A stretch of DNA of 50,548 bases from a virus (Duplodnaviria > Caudoviricetes), in the IMG/VR virus record IMGVR_UViG_3300048672_000029, positions 1-50,548 of that record. The stretch is one strand, 5' to 3'. Made by a program: the position numbers and the translations under genes. Position 1 is the stretch's first letter, and the number at the start of each line of letters is the position of its first letter. Below the pieces are notes generated by a model. That model saw only the letters and a list, made by a program, of their open reading frames with translations, had not been told where the DNA came from and ran no database searches. Shown piece by piece: positions 35,392 to 45,700 of the stretch.

Positions 35392-35976
35392 ATGAATAAT
35401 TCGTTCGGAGATTATAAGTTGTTTGACAATGAAACAAAAGTCAACAACGATAATAGAAAACTCCTACATGTAATTTGCAAATGTGGAACTATTGATTTTA
35501 AAGAAGAAAGGAACCTTCTATCTGGAAGAACTACTTCTTGTAAATCTTGCTCTGCTAAGAAAACTGCTATAAACCATCCACCACCAATAATGTATAAAGG
35601 TTTCGGAGACTTATCTGGAACTCATTATCTTACGATACGTAATAACGCTATACGTAGGAATATATTGTTTAACCTATCTCCAGAATATCTCTGGAGGCTG
35701 TACGAGAGACAAAAAGGTAAATGTGCTCTTACAGGTGTTGATCTAGTTTTAAATAGATCATTAAAGAATAACAATGTAAATTGGGACGTAATAACTGCTT
35801 CTGTAGATCGTATCAAATCAGATTGTGGTTATGAAGATGGGAATGTATGGTGGGTTCATAAAGAAGTAAACCGTTTAAAGAATAATTATTCTATGGATGA
35901 ACTTCTTTATTGGTGTAAGTTACTAGTAAATAGACATGGCAATCCTGAGCCAAGCGTACTGAATAGCATAAAGTAA
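35392..35976 (+). CDS. Intron-encoded HNH-like homing endonuclease
   Basis: CKCG...SCKSC Zn motif; QKGKCALTG...SVDRI...GYEDGNVWWVHKEVNRLK. Confidence 0.85.
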   Translation: MNNSFGDYKLFDNETKVNNDNRKLLHVICKCGTIDFKEERNLLSGRTTSCKSCSAKKTAINHPPPIMYKGFGDLSGTHYLTIRNNAIRRNILFNLSPEYLWRLYERQKGKCALTGVDLVLNRSLKNNNVNWDVITASVDRIKSDCGYEDGNVWWVHKEVNRLKNNYSMDELLYWCKLLVNRHGNPEPSVLNSIK

Positions 35977-36126
35977 GTACGAAGGTGCAACGACTAACAG
36001 GTGAGAAGCTAACTCAATAATCCTGACACGAGCGCCCAACCCCTATTAATTAGGGTGAAGATATAGTCTGAGCTGCATAGAAATATGCAGAAGTATAAGA
36101 TAAAGAGCTTATACGATAACAAACTG

Positions 36127-36603
36127 ACAACCACAGGTATAGAACCTCTATTCGCTGTGGCATACAAAAGACGCTTCCTTACTGAGGGAACTAAGTGGAA
36201 ATACAAATACGTCGTTGACGGAACAGCTCAAAGCTTAATCCAGCAATACGATGTCAATCCAGATAATATAGAAAGTGCAATAGACTTAAGTGGAAAATAC
36301 GAGCAAAGAATCAAATTCCAAGCCGATATTCAGGATTTCGTTGATATGTCAATCAGTTCTACCATTAATCTCGAACAATGGGGGAGTGAATCTAATAACG
36401 AATCAAAAGTGGGAGAGTTTGCTAGCGTCCTTGCAAAATACGCTGGACGACTCAGGGGATTTACGTGTTATCCAGATGGTAGTCGAGGAGGCCAACCTTT
36501 AACATCTGTCCCATATTCTGAAGCTATTAAGCATAAAGATACTGTCTACGATGAGATTGTAGATATTTGTGACCTAACAGGTGGTGGCACCTGCGGTAGT
36601 TAA
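36127..36603 (+). CDS. nrdJ: Class II ribonucleotide reductase, exon 2 (spliced product about 551 aa)
   Basis: TTTGIEP, QDFVDMSISSTIN, RGFTCYPDGSRGGQPL, C-terminal Cys pair CDLTGGGTCGS. Confidence 0.9.
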   Translation, partial: TTTGIEPLFAVAYKRRFLTEGTKWKYKYVVDGTAQSLIQQYDVNPDNIESAIDLSGKYEQRIKFQADIQDFVDMSISSTINLEQWGSESNNESKVGEFASVLAKYAGRLRGFTCYPDGSRGGQPLTSVPYSEAIKHKDTVYDEIVDICDLTGGGTCGS

Positions 36604-36613
36604 AGTATAGACG

Positions 36614-36672
36614 AAAATAAACCCCTTAAATGGAATAGCTTTAATAGGCTAAACTGTTTAAGGGGTTTTTTA
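36614..36672. terminator. Bidirectional intrinsic terminator between the converging arms
   Basis: AAAATAAACCCCTTAAA...TTTAAGGGGTTTTTTA between convergent stops. Confidence 0.9.
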
Positions 36673-36676
36673 TTGT

Positions 36677-37981
36677 TTAACTATTTCTACGTTGTCCATA
36701 AGAAGAAAATCCTCTTACGTAAAACACAGTTGTAGCTGTAGAAGGCTCTCCACCAACTAAGGCAGGAATTCCAAACACTTCACCAGATGGTATTCCAGAA
36801 GGAAATATAACTACTGTTCCAGTTAAGAAAGAGGCTGTACCAAACCCTTCTTGAGAAGCAATACCTGTAGGCGTAACTATAATGGTTCCAGCATTTATTA
36901 ACGCTGTACCAAAAGCTTCATCACTAGGTATTCCATTTACAAGGACAGTTTGAGAACCTCCTGCTTGACTGATGATGTGACTACCAAATACTTCTCCTGA
37001 AGATATTCCAGAAGGAGAGATGGTAACGTTACCGACAGTTATTACATGAGTTCCAAACGCTTCAGCAGAAGCTATTCCTGCAGGAGCTAGAGCAACTATT
37101 GATGATAGCGTATGACTACCAAATGCCTCAGCACTAGCAATAGAAGTAGGAGATAATCCTACTAATCCCATTGAGATTAGATGACTACCAAATGCTTCGT
37201 CGCTAGGTATCCCTGAAGGAAGCAGAGTTGAAGAACCACCACCCGCAGCCGCTGGCGCCCATATCGTGCGGGAAAGTGGGGAAAATAGTTGCCAAGGATT
37301 GGCGGTTAGACTTCTTTGAAGCGCAAGCGGTATCCCATTTTTGAACACCGCCCACAGCAAAATCGAGGAGTTTGTTAAACCCGCGCCACCATTTGCCGCA
37401 TACATCGTCGCGCTGGTACGCAGCGCATTTAGGTTGAATGTCCTTGCGGTCGAAAATACCGTGTTCCCGTCTAACGAACCGGACCACGTTACACCATCAT
37501 ACGAATAGCAAAAGGCATGGGCCGATGTGTCCGAAACAACCAGACTGCTTCCGGTTCTAGGATCGGACCCAGTAAATGATGGTGCGTAAAACTCTATGGA
37601 GTTTGCCGTGTAACCATAAATAATTGCAGCTTGCGATGACCCACCCGATGAATGCTGTGCAAGATAAGTGTTGGTTAGCCCCGTCGCATTCGGCGCAAAA
37701 ACGCCAACGACTGTAAAACTTGTATTGGTTGGCGCGATTAGATCGCCAAAATTCCCTGAGATGGTCTTATAGGCTGCCCCACCATTTGATTGACCGATGC
37801 CTTTATTTGTCGCTCTTGGGCTAAAAGAGCCAACATCAACGCCAGAAATCCCGCCTCGTACTAAATTCCTACCATTAGCGTCAAGTAAGGTAACAAGCCC
37901 TAGAGATAGCCATTTTTGGTCTATCTCAACGGGCCTCTGCGGCTGGCGGGTCCACGGCGTGCGAAGTGTAAGCTTCGCCAT
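36677..37981 (-). CDS. Putative virion adhesin: LamG/ConA-like domain plus seven GIxSxExFG repeats
   Basis: LamG-like pattern (FTVVGVF...HAFCYSYDG...LDG); C-terminal tandem repeats of about 22-25 aa. Confidence 0.65.
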   Translation of the reverse strand: MAKLTLRTPWTRQPQRPVEIDQKWLSLGLVTLLDANGRNLVRGGISGVDVGSFSPRATNKGIGQSNGGAAYKTISGNFGDLIAPTNTSFTVVGVFAPNATGLTNTYLAQHSSGGSSQAAIIYGYTANSIEFYAPSFTGSDPRTGSSLVVSDTSAHAFCYSYDGVTWSGSLDGNTVFSTARTFNLNALRTSATMYAANGGAGLTNSSILLWAVFKNGIPLALQRSLTANPWQLFSPLSRTIWAPAAAGGGSSTLLPSGIPSDEAFGSHLISMGLVGLSPTSIASAEAFGSHTLSSIVALAPAGIASAEAFGTHVITVGNVTISPSGISSGEVFGSHIISQAGGSQTVLVNGIPSDEAFGTALINAGTIIVTPTGIASQEGFGTASFLTGTVVIFPSGIPSGEVFGIPALVGGEPSTATTVFYVRGFSSYGQRRNS

Positions 37982-37982
37982 A

Positions 37983-38498
37983 TTAAGTAGCCGTGTAAGT
38001 TATCCCGTTAAAGCTGAACAATCCACTATTTGAAGCACCCAATGAGCCAGTATGATTGTGGGCAACATACAGCCCCCAAAACTTGGGCATGATGCCACCA
38101 AACAACTGTGCCACGCTAAACGGTTGGATGTAATAAACAAGTGCAGCAGTTGCCACAGTTACTGTAGGAGCAGCAGCAAAACGTAGACTATTCAATACTG
38201 AAACATGACTTAACGTTTCTGCACTATCTGTACCGTCAAGTACATCTATAGCAGTTGTAGCCAATGAGGTGTCAGCACCCCACACCCACAGACCGATATA
38301 TTGACCTACAGTTGGTGCAGTTGAAGCATGACCAGTAATTCCTTTAACGTTCACTAGACAATCATCGTACATGGTTGACGTATTATCTATTTGGGTAGAC
38401 TCACGTCCAGCCACAAAAGTAGAGGACGTACCCAAACTAGAAAGATCAAAGGTAATTGCTGTATTCGCTGAATACGTTTGTGTAAGTATTGTTGCCAT
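37983..38498 (-). CDS. Putative virion protein, 171 aa
   Basis: Thr/Ser/Ala beta-rich; coupled within the late operon. Confidence 0.65.
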   Translation of the reverse strand: MATILTQTYSANTAITFDLSSLGTSSTFVAGRESTQIDNTSTMYDDCLVNVKGITGHASTAPTVGQYIGLWVWGADTSLATTAIDVLDGTDSAETLSHVSVLNSLRFAAAPTVTVATAALVYYIQPFSVAQLFGGIMPKFWGLYVAHNHTGSLGASNSGLFSFNGITYTAT

Positions 38499-39058
38499 TA
38501 ACTAATCCTTGCTGCCATTACATCAGCATCTGAAATTGAACCTTCAAAAACTAAAATAGCAGATAATGCCCGTGTACTACCATCTCCAACAGCAGTGTCT
38601 GCCAGAATCTTTTCAATATACTTAGCTTTACGTGCAAGCGTATTACGAACAGCCGTCCAACCTGCATCTTGAGAAGCACCACCTACACCAGAGCGAACAC
38701 TTTGCAAAGCATCCTGCAAACCATTACGGAGATTAGCATCCGATGCATCTAACGTGCCAGTAAATGGTACGATATTCTGAAGATTAAACTGTTTACCTTG
38801 GCATTGGAGAGAACGATTAGCCCATGCCTGTGTACCATCAGGTACATCAGCAGGGGTCAAGTTAGCCCAGACAATAGCAGCACGAAGTAGATTAACGTTT
38901 ACATTAGTAGACCAAACCCAAAAGGTAGGAGCTGCTTCTTTATTAAGTTGAACTGCAAGATCAAAATAGCCATCCCCAGTCATGGGATAAGCAGCCCACG
39001 TGGGGTTGTTATTAATTGCGGTTTTGAGAGCAGTGAGTTGTGGTGCAGTGAGTGCCAT
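38498..39058 (-). CDS. Putative virion protein, 186 aa
   Basis: AAGGA SD; TAATG coupling. Confidence 0.7.
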   Translation of the reverse strand: MALTAPQLTALKTAINNNPTWAAYPMTGDGYFDLAVQLNKEAAPTFWVWSTNVNVNLLRAAIVWANLTPADVPDGTQAWANRSLQCQGKQFNLQNIVPFTGTLDASDANLRNGLQDALQSVRSGVGGASQDAGWTAVRNTLARKAKYIEKILADTAVGDGSTRALSAILVFEGSISDADVMAARIS

Positions 39059-39198
39059 TATTTTCCTTCTTTCTTGTGTAATTCTAATTGCTCTTGTAGA
39101 AGAGCGTCACGTTTATCTTGCAATTGTTTAATCTTTTCTTCGAAAGAAAGTTCTTTTTCAGGAGCTTTAGAGAAAAGTTTCTTAATATATTCAAACAT
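39058..39198 (-). CDS. Small coiled-coil protein, 46 aa; not in the ORF track
   Basis: MFEYIKKLFSKAPEKELSFEEKIKQLQDKRDALLQEQLELHKKEGK; fills the gap with TAATG coupling. Confidence 0.6.
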   Translation of the reverse strand: MFEYIKKLFSKAPEKELSFEEKIKQLQDKRDALLQEQLELHKKEGK

Positions 39199-39200
39199 AA

Positions 39201-39599
39201 TTAAAGCTTAAAGATTTTATTAGTACCATTATCCCAAGTGATTGAAATATCACCACCATTAGGAGTTACTGGAAGATTAGTAGCAGTGTCGATATAAGCA
39301 ATTAGAGGGCTAGTGCCTGCTACGCCTGTATCTTTATAAATCACAATTGCTTCACAAGAAGCCCCTGATACTGCTGTATACGTTACGTCAGCAGCATCTG
39401 CTACACCTGATGTAACTGTCTTAGTTCCTAGCGTAGCTGCTGTACCAACAGTACCACTTAGAGACGATAAGTATTGATGAGCCTGAGAGAACGTATATGT
39501 ACCAGTATCTACCAATACAGCTTTAATAGTATCTCCGCTCCAAGAGATGCCTCCAGATAAGAAAGCTTCTCTCCCTTTGTCATATAGCGTATTTGCCAT
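39201..39599 (-). CDS. Virion structural protein, 132 aa
   Basis: MANTLYDKGREAFL...PLIAYID...PVTPNGGDISITWDNG..KIFKL, a pattern I recall from phage minor structural proteins. Confidence 0.7.
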   Translation of the reverse strand: MANTLYDKGREAFLSGGISWSGDTIKAVLVDTGTYTFSQAHQYLSSLSGTVGTAATLGTKTVTSGVADAADVTYTAVSGASCEAIVIYKDTGVAGTSPLIAYIDTATNLPVTPNGGDISITWDNGTNKIFKL

Positions 39600-39602
39600 T
39601 TA

Positions 39603-39914
39603 TTATTTCATCCTATTAACTGAGAACACTCCCGAAGAAGCTCCTACTTGAAGAACTGCTACGTGTGTTATATCTTGCGGAAGAGCAAACATTTCTACAC
39701 CAGCAGGGAAAAGAATAGAACTGGTTGTAGCTACTGCTGAGCCTGTTCCAAACTCTACATATACATTTCCTGTACAAGCCATTCTAACGAATTTAGTGCT
39801 TGTAGGGAGCGCGATCAATTGACTAGAAGCTGAGAGGGCTACATTCGTAGCTGATACAGGATAAAGAGATTGTACTGCTTCTCCGTTATGATCTCGTTGT
39901 AGTGCTTCATTCAC
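39603..39914 (-). CDS. Putative virion protein, 103 aa
   Basis: GTGA coupling; beta-rich. Confidence 0.65.
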   Translation of the reverse strand: MNEALQRDHNGEAVQSLYPVSATNVALSASSQLIALPTSTKFVRMACTGNVYVEFGTGSAVATTSSILFPAGVEMFALPQDITHVAVLQVGASSGVFSVNRMK

Positions 39915-40057
39915 TTCTTCTTACCTTTTTTAGCTTGCTTAGCACCTTTAGCTTCAACCTTCTTAAATTTAGAACTCTCACCTTTTTCGTGTTTCTTAGT
40001 TCCAGATTTACCAGATTTAGCTTCTTGATAACCTTGCTTAAACGGATTGGTAGCCAT
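39911..40057 (-). CDS. Small Lys-rich protein, 48 aa; not in the ORF track
   Basis: MATNPFKQGYQEAKSGKSGTKKHEKGESSKFKKVEAKGAKQAKKGKKK; AAGGA SD; coupled on both sides. Confidence 0.65.
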   Translation of the reverse strand: MATNPFKQGYQEAKSGKSGTKKHEKGESSKFKKVEAKGAKQAKKGKKK

Positions 40058-40338
40058 TATTTTTTCTTCCTTTGACGAGAGTCGTATTGATTCATAGCTC
40101 TATTCTTACTAGCTGAAAGAACTTGCGTATTGCTTTTCTTATTATTACGAGGATTGGAATCTTTATGGTCAATATCCTTCCCATCTCCCTTACGCACTTT
40201 TCCTGCTTTCATAGCTTCGCTACGAGCAGCATTTCTAGAGGCTCTATCCTTCTTACTAGAAGCTTTAGAGTTATATTCTCGTTGGCGAATACTGTCTGCT
40301 GTAGCATTGGCTTTAAATTGGCCTTTACGAGGCATCAT
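40057..40338 (-). CDS. Basic minimal HNH-like protein
   Basis: GDGKDIDHKDSNPRNN...SN...NR. Confidence 0.75.
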   Translation of the reverse strand: MMPRKGQFKANATADSIRQREYNSKASSKKDRASRNAARSEAMKAGKVRKGDGKDIDHKDSNPRNNKKSNTQVLSASKNRAMNQYDSRQRKKK

Positions 40339-40928
40339 TTTCCTTTCAGCTTTGTGAGAGTGTCTTCTAAGATTTTCTTAATCTTAGGGTCTTTTGTTTT
40401 AGAGATTTCTGTGAGAAGCTCTCTAATACTCTCTGGGCTTCTAATCTCAGCATGTTGAGCCTTTAGTTCTGCCGTAGTGAACTGAGCAGCTTTAATCATA
40501 TCAGCTTCAGTGTTTAAAGGCTTCACAGGAGCTTCAGGAGCCTTTTGTTTAGGCTTGTCAATACCTAACCAGCTTGGAGGGTTTCTAAAGGCTTCCTCGG
40601 CCCTTTGCCAAGGCAACATCTTTCCAATGTTTTGTACTAAACCTTCTGCTACACCTTTAAGACCAGAGACCATTTGATCTACTGATCCTTCCGATCTTCC
40701 TTGGATGATTCCTGCTGCTTTCCCTGCTGTACGTACGACAGTACCTACTGCAATAGGAACAGCTAAAGCTGGATTTTCAGCAGTAGCTTCTCTAGCAAAA
40801 GCTCCCCATTCAGCGTTAGCTAATTTATTCTGCCCTTCCTGTGTAGTAGCTTTATATCTAGCCATATACAATTCAGAATGAGCCTGATTAGCTAACTCCC
40901 AAGGAGGCATATCCTCATTTACTGGCAT
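40335..40928 (-). CDS. Hypothetical virion-associated protein (start re-called near 40928)
   Basis: In frame with ORF 40335..40988; ATG 40928 overlaps the end of the upstream gene. Confidence 0.65.
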   Translation of the reverse strand: MPVNEDMPPWELANQAHSELYMARYKATTQEGQNKLANAEWGAFAREATAENPALAVPIAVGTVVRTAGKAAGIIQGRSEGSVDQMVSGLKGVAEGLVQNIGKMLPWQRAEEAFRNPPSWLGIDKPKQKAPEAPVKPLNTEADMIKAAQFTTAELKAQHAEIRSPESIRELLTEISKTKDPKIKKILEDTLTKLKGK

Positions 40929-42741
40929 TATCAACCTTAGTGTAATTAGAAGGGCTACGAGCACTTCCACCATTAAACCTATAACCATTCATAACATCTC
41001 CGGGTTTTAGTCCTTCTAAGAAATATCCAGGAATCCAGCGATGTTTATTTTCTTCCCAATATTTTTGGTAGTCTGTACTTCCATCCATATGGGCAGCTAT
41101 GTGTATTAATTGGTTAATACCAGCTTGAGCAGATTTCAGATTTTCAATCTCTAAAGCAGCAGCTCTATATTCAGAACCTGTAAGTCCTTGCTTATTCAAC
41201 GGTTCGAATACAATACCACTCCCTGTAAATTTAATATCCACAGTGTCAGCAACTTTAGCGTCTTCTTTACGACCTACTAAAGAAGCTCCACCACCAGCAG
41301 CTAAACCTCTAGGAAGCACTTTCTCTAATTTCTTTTGTACGCCATCAATGATAGCAGGAGTATAAGACATTTCAAAAGTCTTTTGGCAAGCTCCTAATGC
41401 TTGTGGATCGAGAGTACCATTCTTGGCAAACTCCCCATATTCACTAGAAGCACAGAATGCTGCGATTCCTTTTAGTTGCTTAGGATCAGCACCTTTATCT
41501 AATAGCTCTCCAGTTTGCTTAAGCATCTGGTTAATTGAATTAGAAGCTTGTGCTTTAACTAGATCAGGTTCTGCAATCTTCCCACCTTTTAGATCGGAGA
41601 GAGCACCTTTCAATACTTTCAATACACCTTCTTCTGCATTAGGATCGCCTATTACAGCAGGAACAAAATCTTTACTGCCTATGTTCACTCCTGAGAGGAG
41701 AGACAAAGCGCGTATAGACTCTTTAGATACTGTTAAAGCAGTGGCAGGATTGTTACCAAACATTTTGTTTGCAACAACAGCCCCGAATACTTTAGGGTCA
41801 TTAGAAGCAGCAAGCTGCAATGTCATCACTCTACGATTGTATTCATTCTCAAGTTTAGCTATATCAGCTTTAGGATCAAGCATTTGTTGACCAAGCTTGA
41901 AAGCATCGTCAAACACTGTCTTGAAATGTGTAGCGTATTGAGGATTCGTTCTAGCTCCTGCATAAAGAGCAGCACTAATATTGTTATACTGAGACGTTAG
42001 ATAGTGAGCAGCTTCTTCAGGATTCATCTTACCGCTAGTAACCTGTGCTCGTAAATCCTTACTAAGAGATTGGAAACTCTCTAGGTGAGAACCTGCAAGC
42101 ATGTTAGTAGTTTGGAAAGCTGTTTCTTCAGCTTCTCGTTTGGCTACTTCAGCATTATACCTACCAAGCTGCATATCCTGATCTTGCTTGCGATATAAGG
42201 CATCAGTATCTGCTTTAGCTCGTATAGTGCTCTTATGAGCAGCTACAATAGAAGATTTAAGTTCTTCAGACGAGTTAGGAGGGATTACATATCCTGCTGT
42301 AGCAGCTTGTGAAAGATCAGCATACTTCCTGTCTCTCTCAGCTTTAATCTCTGCTTCAGCATCTCCTATTTCAGAATTACCTTTAAGAGCACCAGCAGCT
42401 TTATTAAGCTCATCAATAAACTGTGCATTACCTGCAGCATGTTTACGGAAGTTAGCTCTACTCATAGCGCCAGCCATAGCTGCTGTTAAACTTCCTTGTA
42501 GCAATCCAGACGAGATAGTGTTCTCAGCATCTACATAAGAATTAACTACAGCATTCTGCTTATCAAGCAAATCTTGCTTACGCTGAGCTTGCAACCCTTT
42601 AACGAAATAATCTCCAATCTCGTTAATAACACTTCCTGATAATGCAGAAGTTTCTTTAGCTGCTTGTACAGGAGTTACGACAGTAGAGCCAGCCCCCTGA
42701 GGGGCGGCTAAGTCTGTGGCATTTACACTGAAATCTGCCAT
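40915..42741 (-). CDS. Internal virion (ejection) protein, 608 aa
   Basis: Ala-rich and helical; in the core-protein block. Confidence 0.7.
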   Translation of the reverse strand: MADFSVNATDLAAPQGAGSTVVTPVQAAKETSALSGSVINEIGDYFVKGLQAQRKQDLLDKQNAVVNSYVDAENTISSGLLQGSLTAAMAGAMSRANFRKHAAGNAQFIDELNKAAGALKGNSEIGDAEAEIKAERDRKYADLSQAATAGYVIPPNSSEELKSSIVAAHKSTIRAKADTDALYRKQDQDMQLGRYNAEVAKREAEETAFQTTNMLAGSHLESFQSLSKDLRAQVTSGKMNPEEAAHYLTSQYNNISAALYAGARTNPQYATHFKTVFDDAFKLGQQMLDPKADIAKLENEYNRRVMTLQLAASNDPKVFGAVVANKMFGNNPATALTVSKESIRALSLLSGVNIGSKDFVPAVIGDPNAEEGVLKVLKGALSDLKGGKIAEPDLVKAQASNSINQMLKQTGELLDKGADPKQLKGIAAFCASSEYGEFAKNGTLDPQALGACQKTFEMSYTPAIIDGVQKKLEKVLPRGLAAGGGASLVGRKEDAKVADTVDIKFTGSGIVFEPLNKQGLTGSEYRAAALEIENLKSAQAGINQLIHIAAHMDGSTDYQKYWEENKHRWIPGYFLEGLKPGDVMNGYRFNGGSARSPSNYTKVDNASK

Positions 42742-45700
42742 TATTTATCTTTCATTTCTTTATTGTCTTTCATAGCCTTCTCGAAATCGTCTACAATAGA
42801 CAACGCTAAAGCTTTCTGATCGTCAGCAATAGGGGCTTTTCTTATATCGTCTCGTAATGATCCGATAGTAGGAAGTTGCATACGTTTCATAATAGCAGAA
42901 GATAAAGCATTATCTCGTCCCATCATATCCTTTTCAAACTCTCCAAGAATGATTCGTTGGCCTACAGGATCGTTAGCATAGGCTTTCATAACCATGCCGC
43001 TAATCTTAATAGCCCATTCTGGATTTGTATTGTCATCATCTAACTGTTCAGTTAAATAACGCTTCATTAAGTTGTAATCAGATAAGACAGTATCTCTGTG
43101 CTTCTTCTCTTCTGTTCTCCATTTATCCGTAAGCTCGAATAGCTCTCTAGGTTTCTTAGTAGGGATACCGAACATCTGAGCAACTGCTTCGTAGTTGGTA
43201 AGCCCTTGCTCTATAAGCAATCCATTCTTATCCCAAATCTTCCCTGTCTCCAAGATCATCTGAGCTTTGAACATATTACTAGCTCCAGAGAATATCTTAG
43301 CTGTTTCTTTCAAAACTGCTAATCCTGTCTCCGTAGTATCGTCTGGACTATCTTTAAGACCAAAATACCTAGCTGCAGCACCTAAAGCATTAGGAAGTCT
43401 ACCACCATCCTTCAAGAATAGCTGTCCTGATGGGCTATTAAGAACAGCTTGCATCATACCGCCTTGAGTGAAGACAGCTCCAAATATCTTAGACCATCCT
43501 GTAATATCGTAAGGAGCCATAGCAGAGAAATCTAGATTAACATCTTTTCCTGCTAGTACAGACAACGTATGGTTGAGTAAAGAGCTTTCCAATCCGTCTA
43601 CTAATGTTTCTCTCCAGAACTTATCATCTGGAAGAACGTCTGTACCTAAAGCTGCAGCAATAATAGCTGCTGTAGGCGTTCCCCACAATATACTGTCTGC
43701 TAAGAACATTCTAACCCTATCCATGCCATCAATACGCCTATTGGAATATTGCAGAGCCATCTTATGTGGAACTTGTAAGAAGTTTACCAAGACAGCAGGA
43801 GTAGTTTGATTATAAGGCATATCTCCAGCAAAATTCATTTCACCAGAAATAGCTCTTGTTTCAGAATGTATAGCATCTCTAACAGAAGGATCAAGAACGT
43901 TTACGCCTTCTCTAAGTTTCCTATCGTATACAGCAGCAGCGTGCCCAACAATGTTAAAGCTTTCACCAGCGTCAAAACCATACTTACGCATAGGTACAGT
44001 AGTGTACTTGGTAAGAGTAGTCATAACTTTATTAGACTTATCAGCAGCATCTAGTAATGTTCCACGAATAAGATTGCTCTTATCAACAGAAGCTACTAAA
44101 CCGCTTCGTTCAATGAAGTCATTAAAAGCTTGATGCTTAGCAGATAGACGCATACCTGGATTCATTACTCCAGTGATATATCCACCAACTAAATCAAAGA
44201 TGCTTCCTGAAGCCCATCCTGTAGGATTATAAGCTATAGTACGCAAGAACTGATGAGGCTGTACCACCCACTGACGAAGAACGTTACTGACAATAGTTGT
44301 CGTATATACAGAACTCTTTAATGCCCCTGTCAGAGATTTATCTGACATTTGCAAAGCTCCACGTTCAACAGCAGATAATACAGAACCCCCCACTTTAGCA
44401 TTAACGCTCGCCTTTCCAGCTATTGAAGCCGTTAAGTTAAGCAGTTGCTTAAGTGTTTCATCCATACTATTGATGTAACCATTCTCTAAATACTTAATGT
44501 ATTCGAAATTAGACCTAGCATCTCTAAGTTCTTTATCTGTAAATCTTCCTTTACCGCCTAATTGATTGGCAGAGCTAGGGAAAGTTTTACCTCCATAAGC
44601 ATTAGCTGGAATGACATTATCAAATTGTCTTACGAATCTAGCTTTAGCACCTTCTAGCATAGGACGTGTAACAATACGTCCTGAGATGCTCTTAGCAGCC
44701 CTCTCAGCGCTTTCTACAGGGCTGACGATATAACTACCATCACCTAAGTGATTCATGCCGCTAGCGTCTTCTAAGACCTTTCCACGCCTACGTTGAGCAA
44801 TACGACCAGAAGCAGAATTCACATCCCACCACTCGTTAGTTCCTCTACGCATTCCATTAACGTCCCCACGTACTACATATTCTTTTCCAGTGTTTCTGGC
44901 TAAACTGTCTGCAAAGTGTTGTGCTTCAGCAGTGTCTTTGGCTACAGCTATTGTGCGTATCTTCTTACTTCCGTTAGGGAGAGTGGACACTTCATCAATG
45001 AACTGAGCATTCTTCTTATACTGAGTTTGGAAATAGCCTTCTCTGTAAGGCAACACCATATCGCTGTCTCTAAAACCTCTGAGATATTCGTTAGGAGTGT
45101 TACGAACAATCATATGCTCCACTTCTATACCATTTACTTCAATAGGTCTACGAAGCCTAGCGTAAGTGCCCCCAGCAGCATACAAGATGTCTGCTTCGCC
45201 TTTACCATGTCTGATTACGTCATCTATAGCAGGATCATAAAACCATCCTATATTAGTATTCTTGACTATAGGCTTAGCATACAATTCGGTATTAGCATTC
45301 TTAAACATTTGAAAGCCATTAGCATTCAATGTCTTAACTACGTCTGCATTTTCTAAGTAGTAATGAGTGTTCCAAAAATCTCTAAACACTCGTATACTTT
45401 CAATCTCTTCGGCATTGAATCTAAGCGTTAAAGCATTAGGATCAAACTTAATACCATTAGCATTTGCTTCTTGCAGATAACGAGTAATTGCTTCTTGTCT
45501 ATCCTTAGGAAATTTAACAAACCTATTAGTGAAATCTTCCACCTTAGTAAGCAGAAGCTTTTCAAATCTAGAGATGTGATCTGTAGCTACAGAAGCAGCA
45601 CCAGTGATCTTAGGATCAAGCATAGAAGCTGCATCCATAAGATTACGAGCCAAGCTTCCGCTACGCTCTGTAATAGTGGCTGAGAAGCTATCTGTTACGT

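Larger units (their letters stand above)
35263..36126 (+). mobile_element. Group I intron (864 nt) in nrdJ
   Basis: P1 GCAGGU/GCCUGC with U-G at the 5' splice site; P (AATTCAGGGAAA), Q (AATCCTGAGC), R (GACTA), S (AAGATATAGTC); terminal G36126; splicing restores ILAG|TTTGIEP in frame. Confidence 0.93.

Noticed and set aside
36085-36126. ATG 36085 as the start of an independent RNR subunit
   Set aside because: These codons are the intron 3' end; RNR similarity resumes exactly after G36126.
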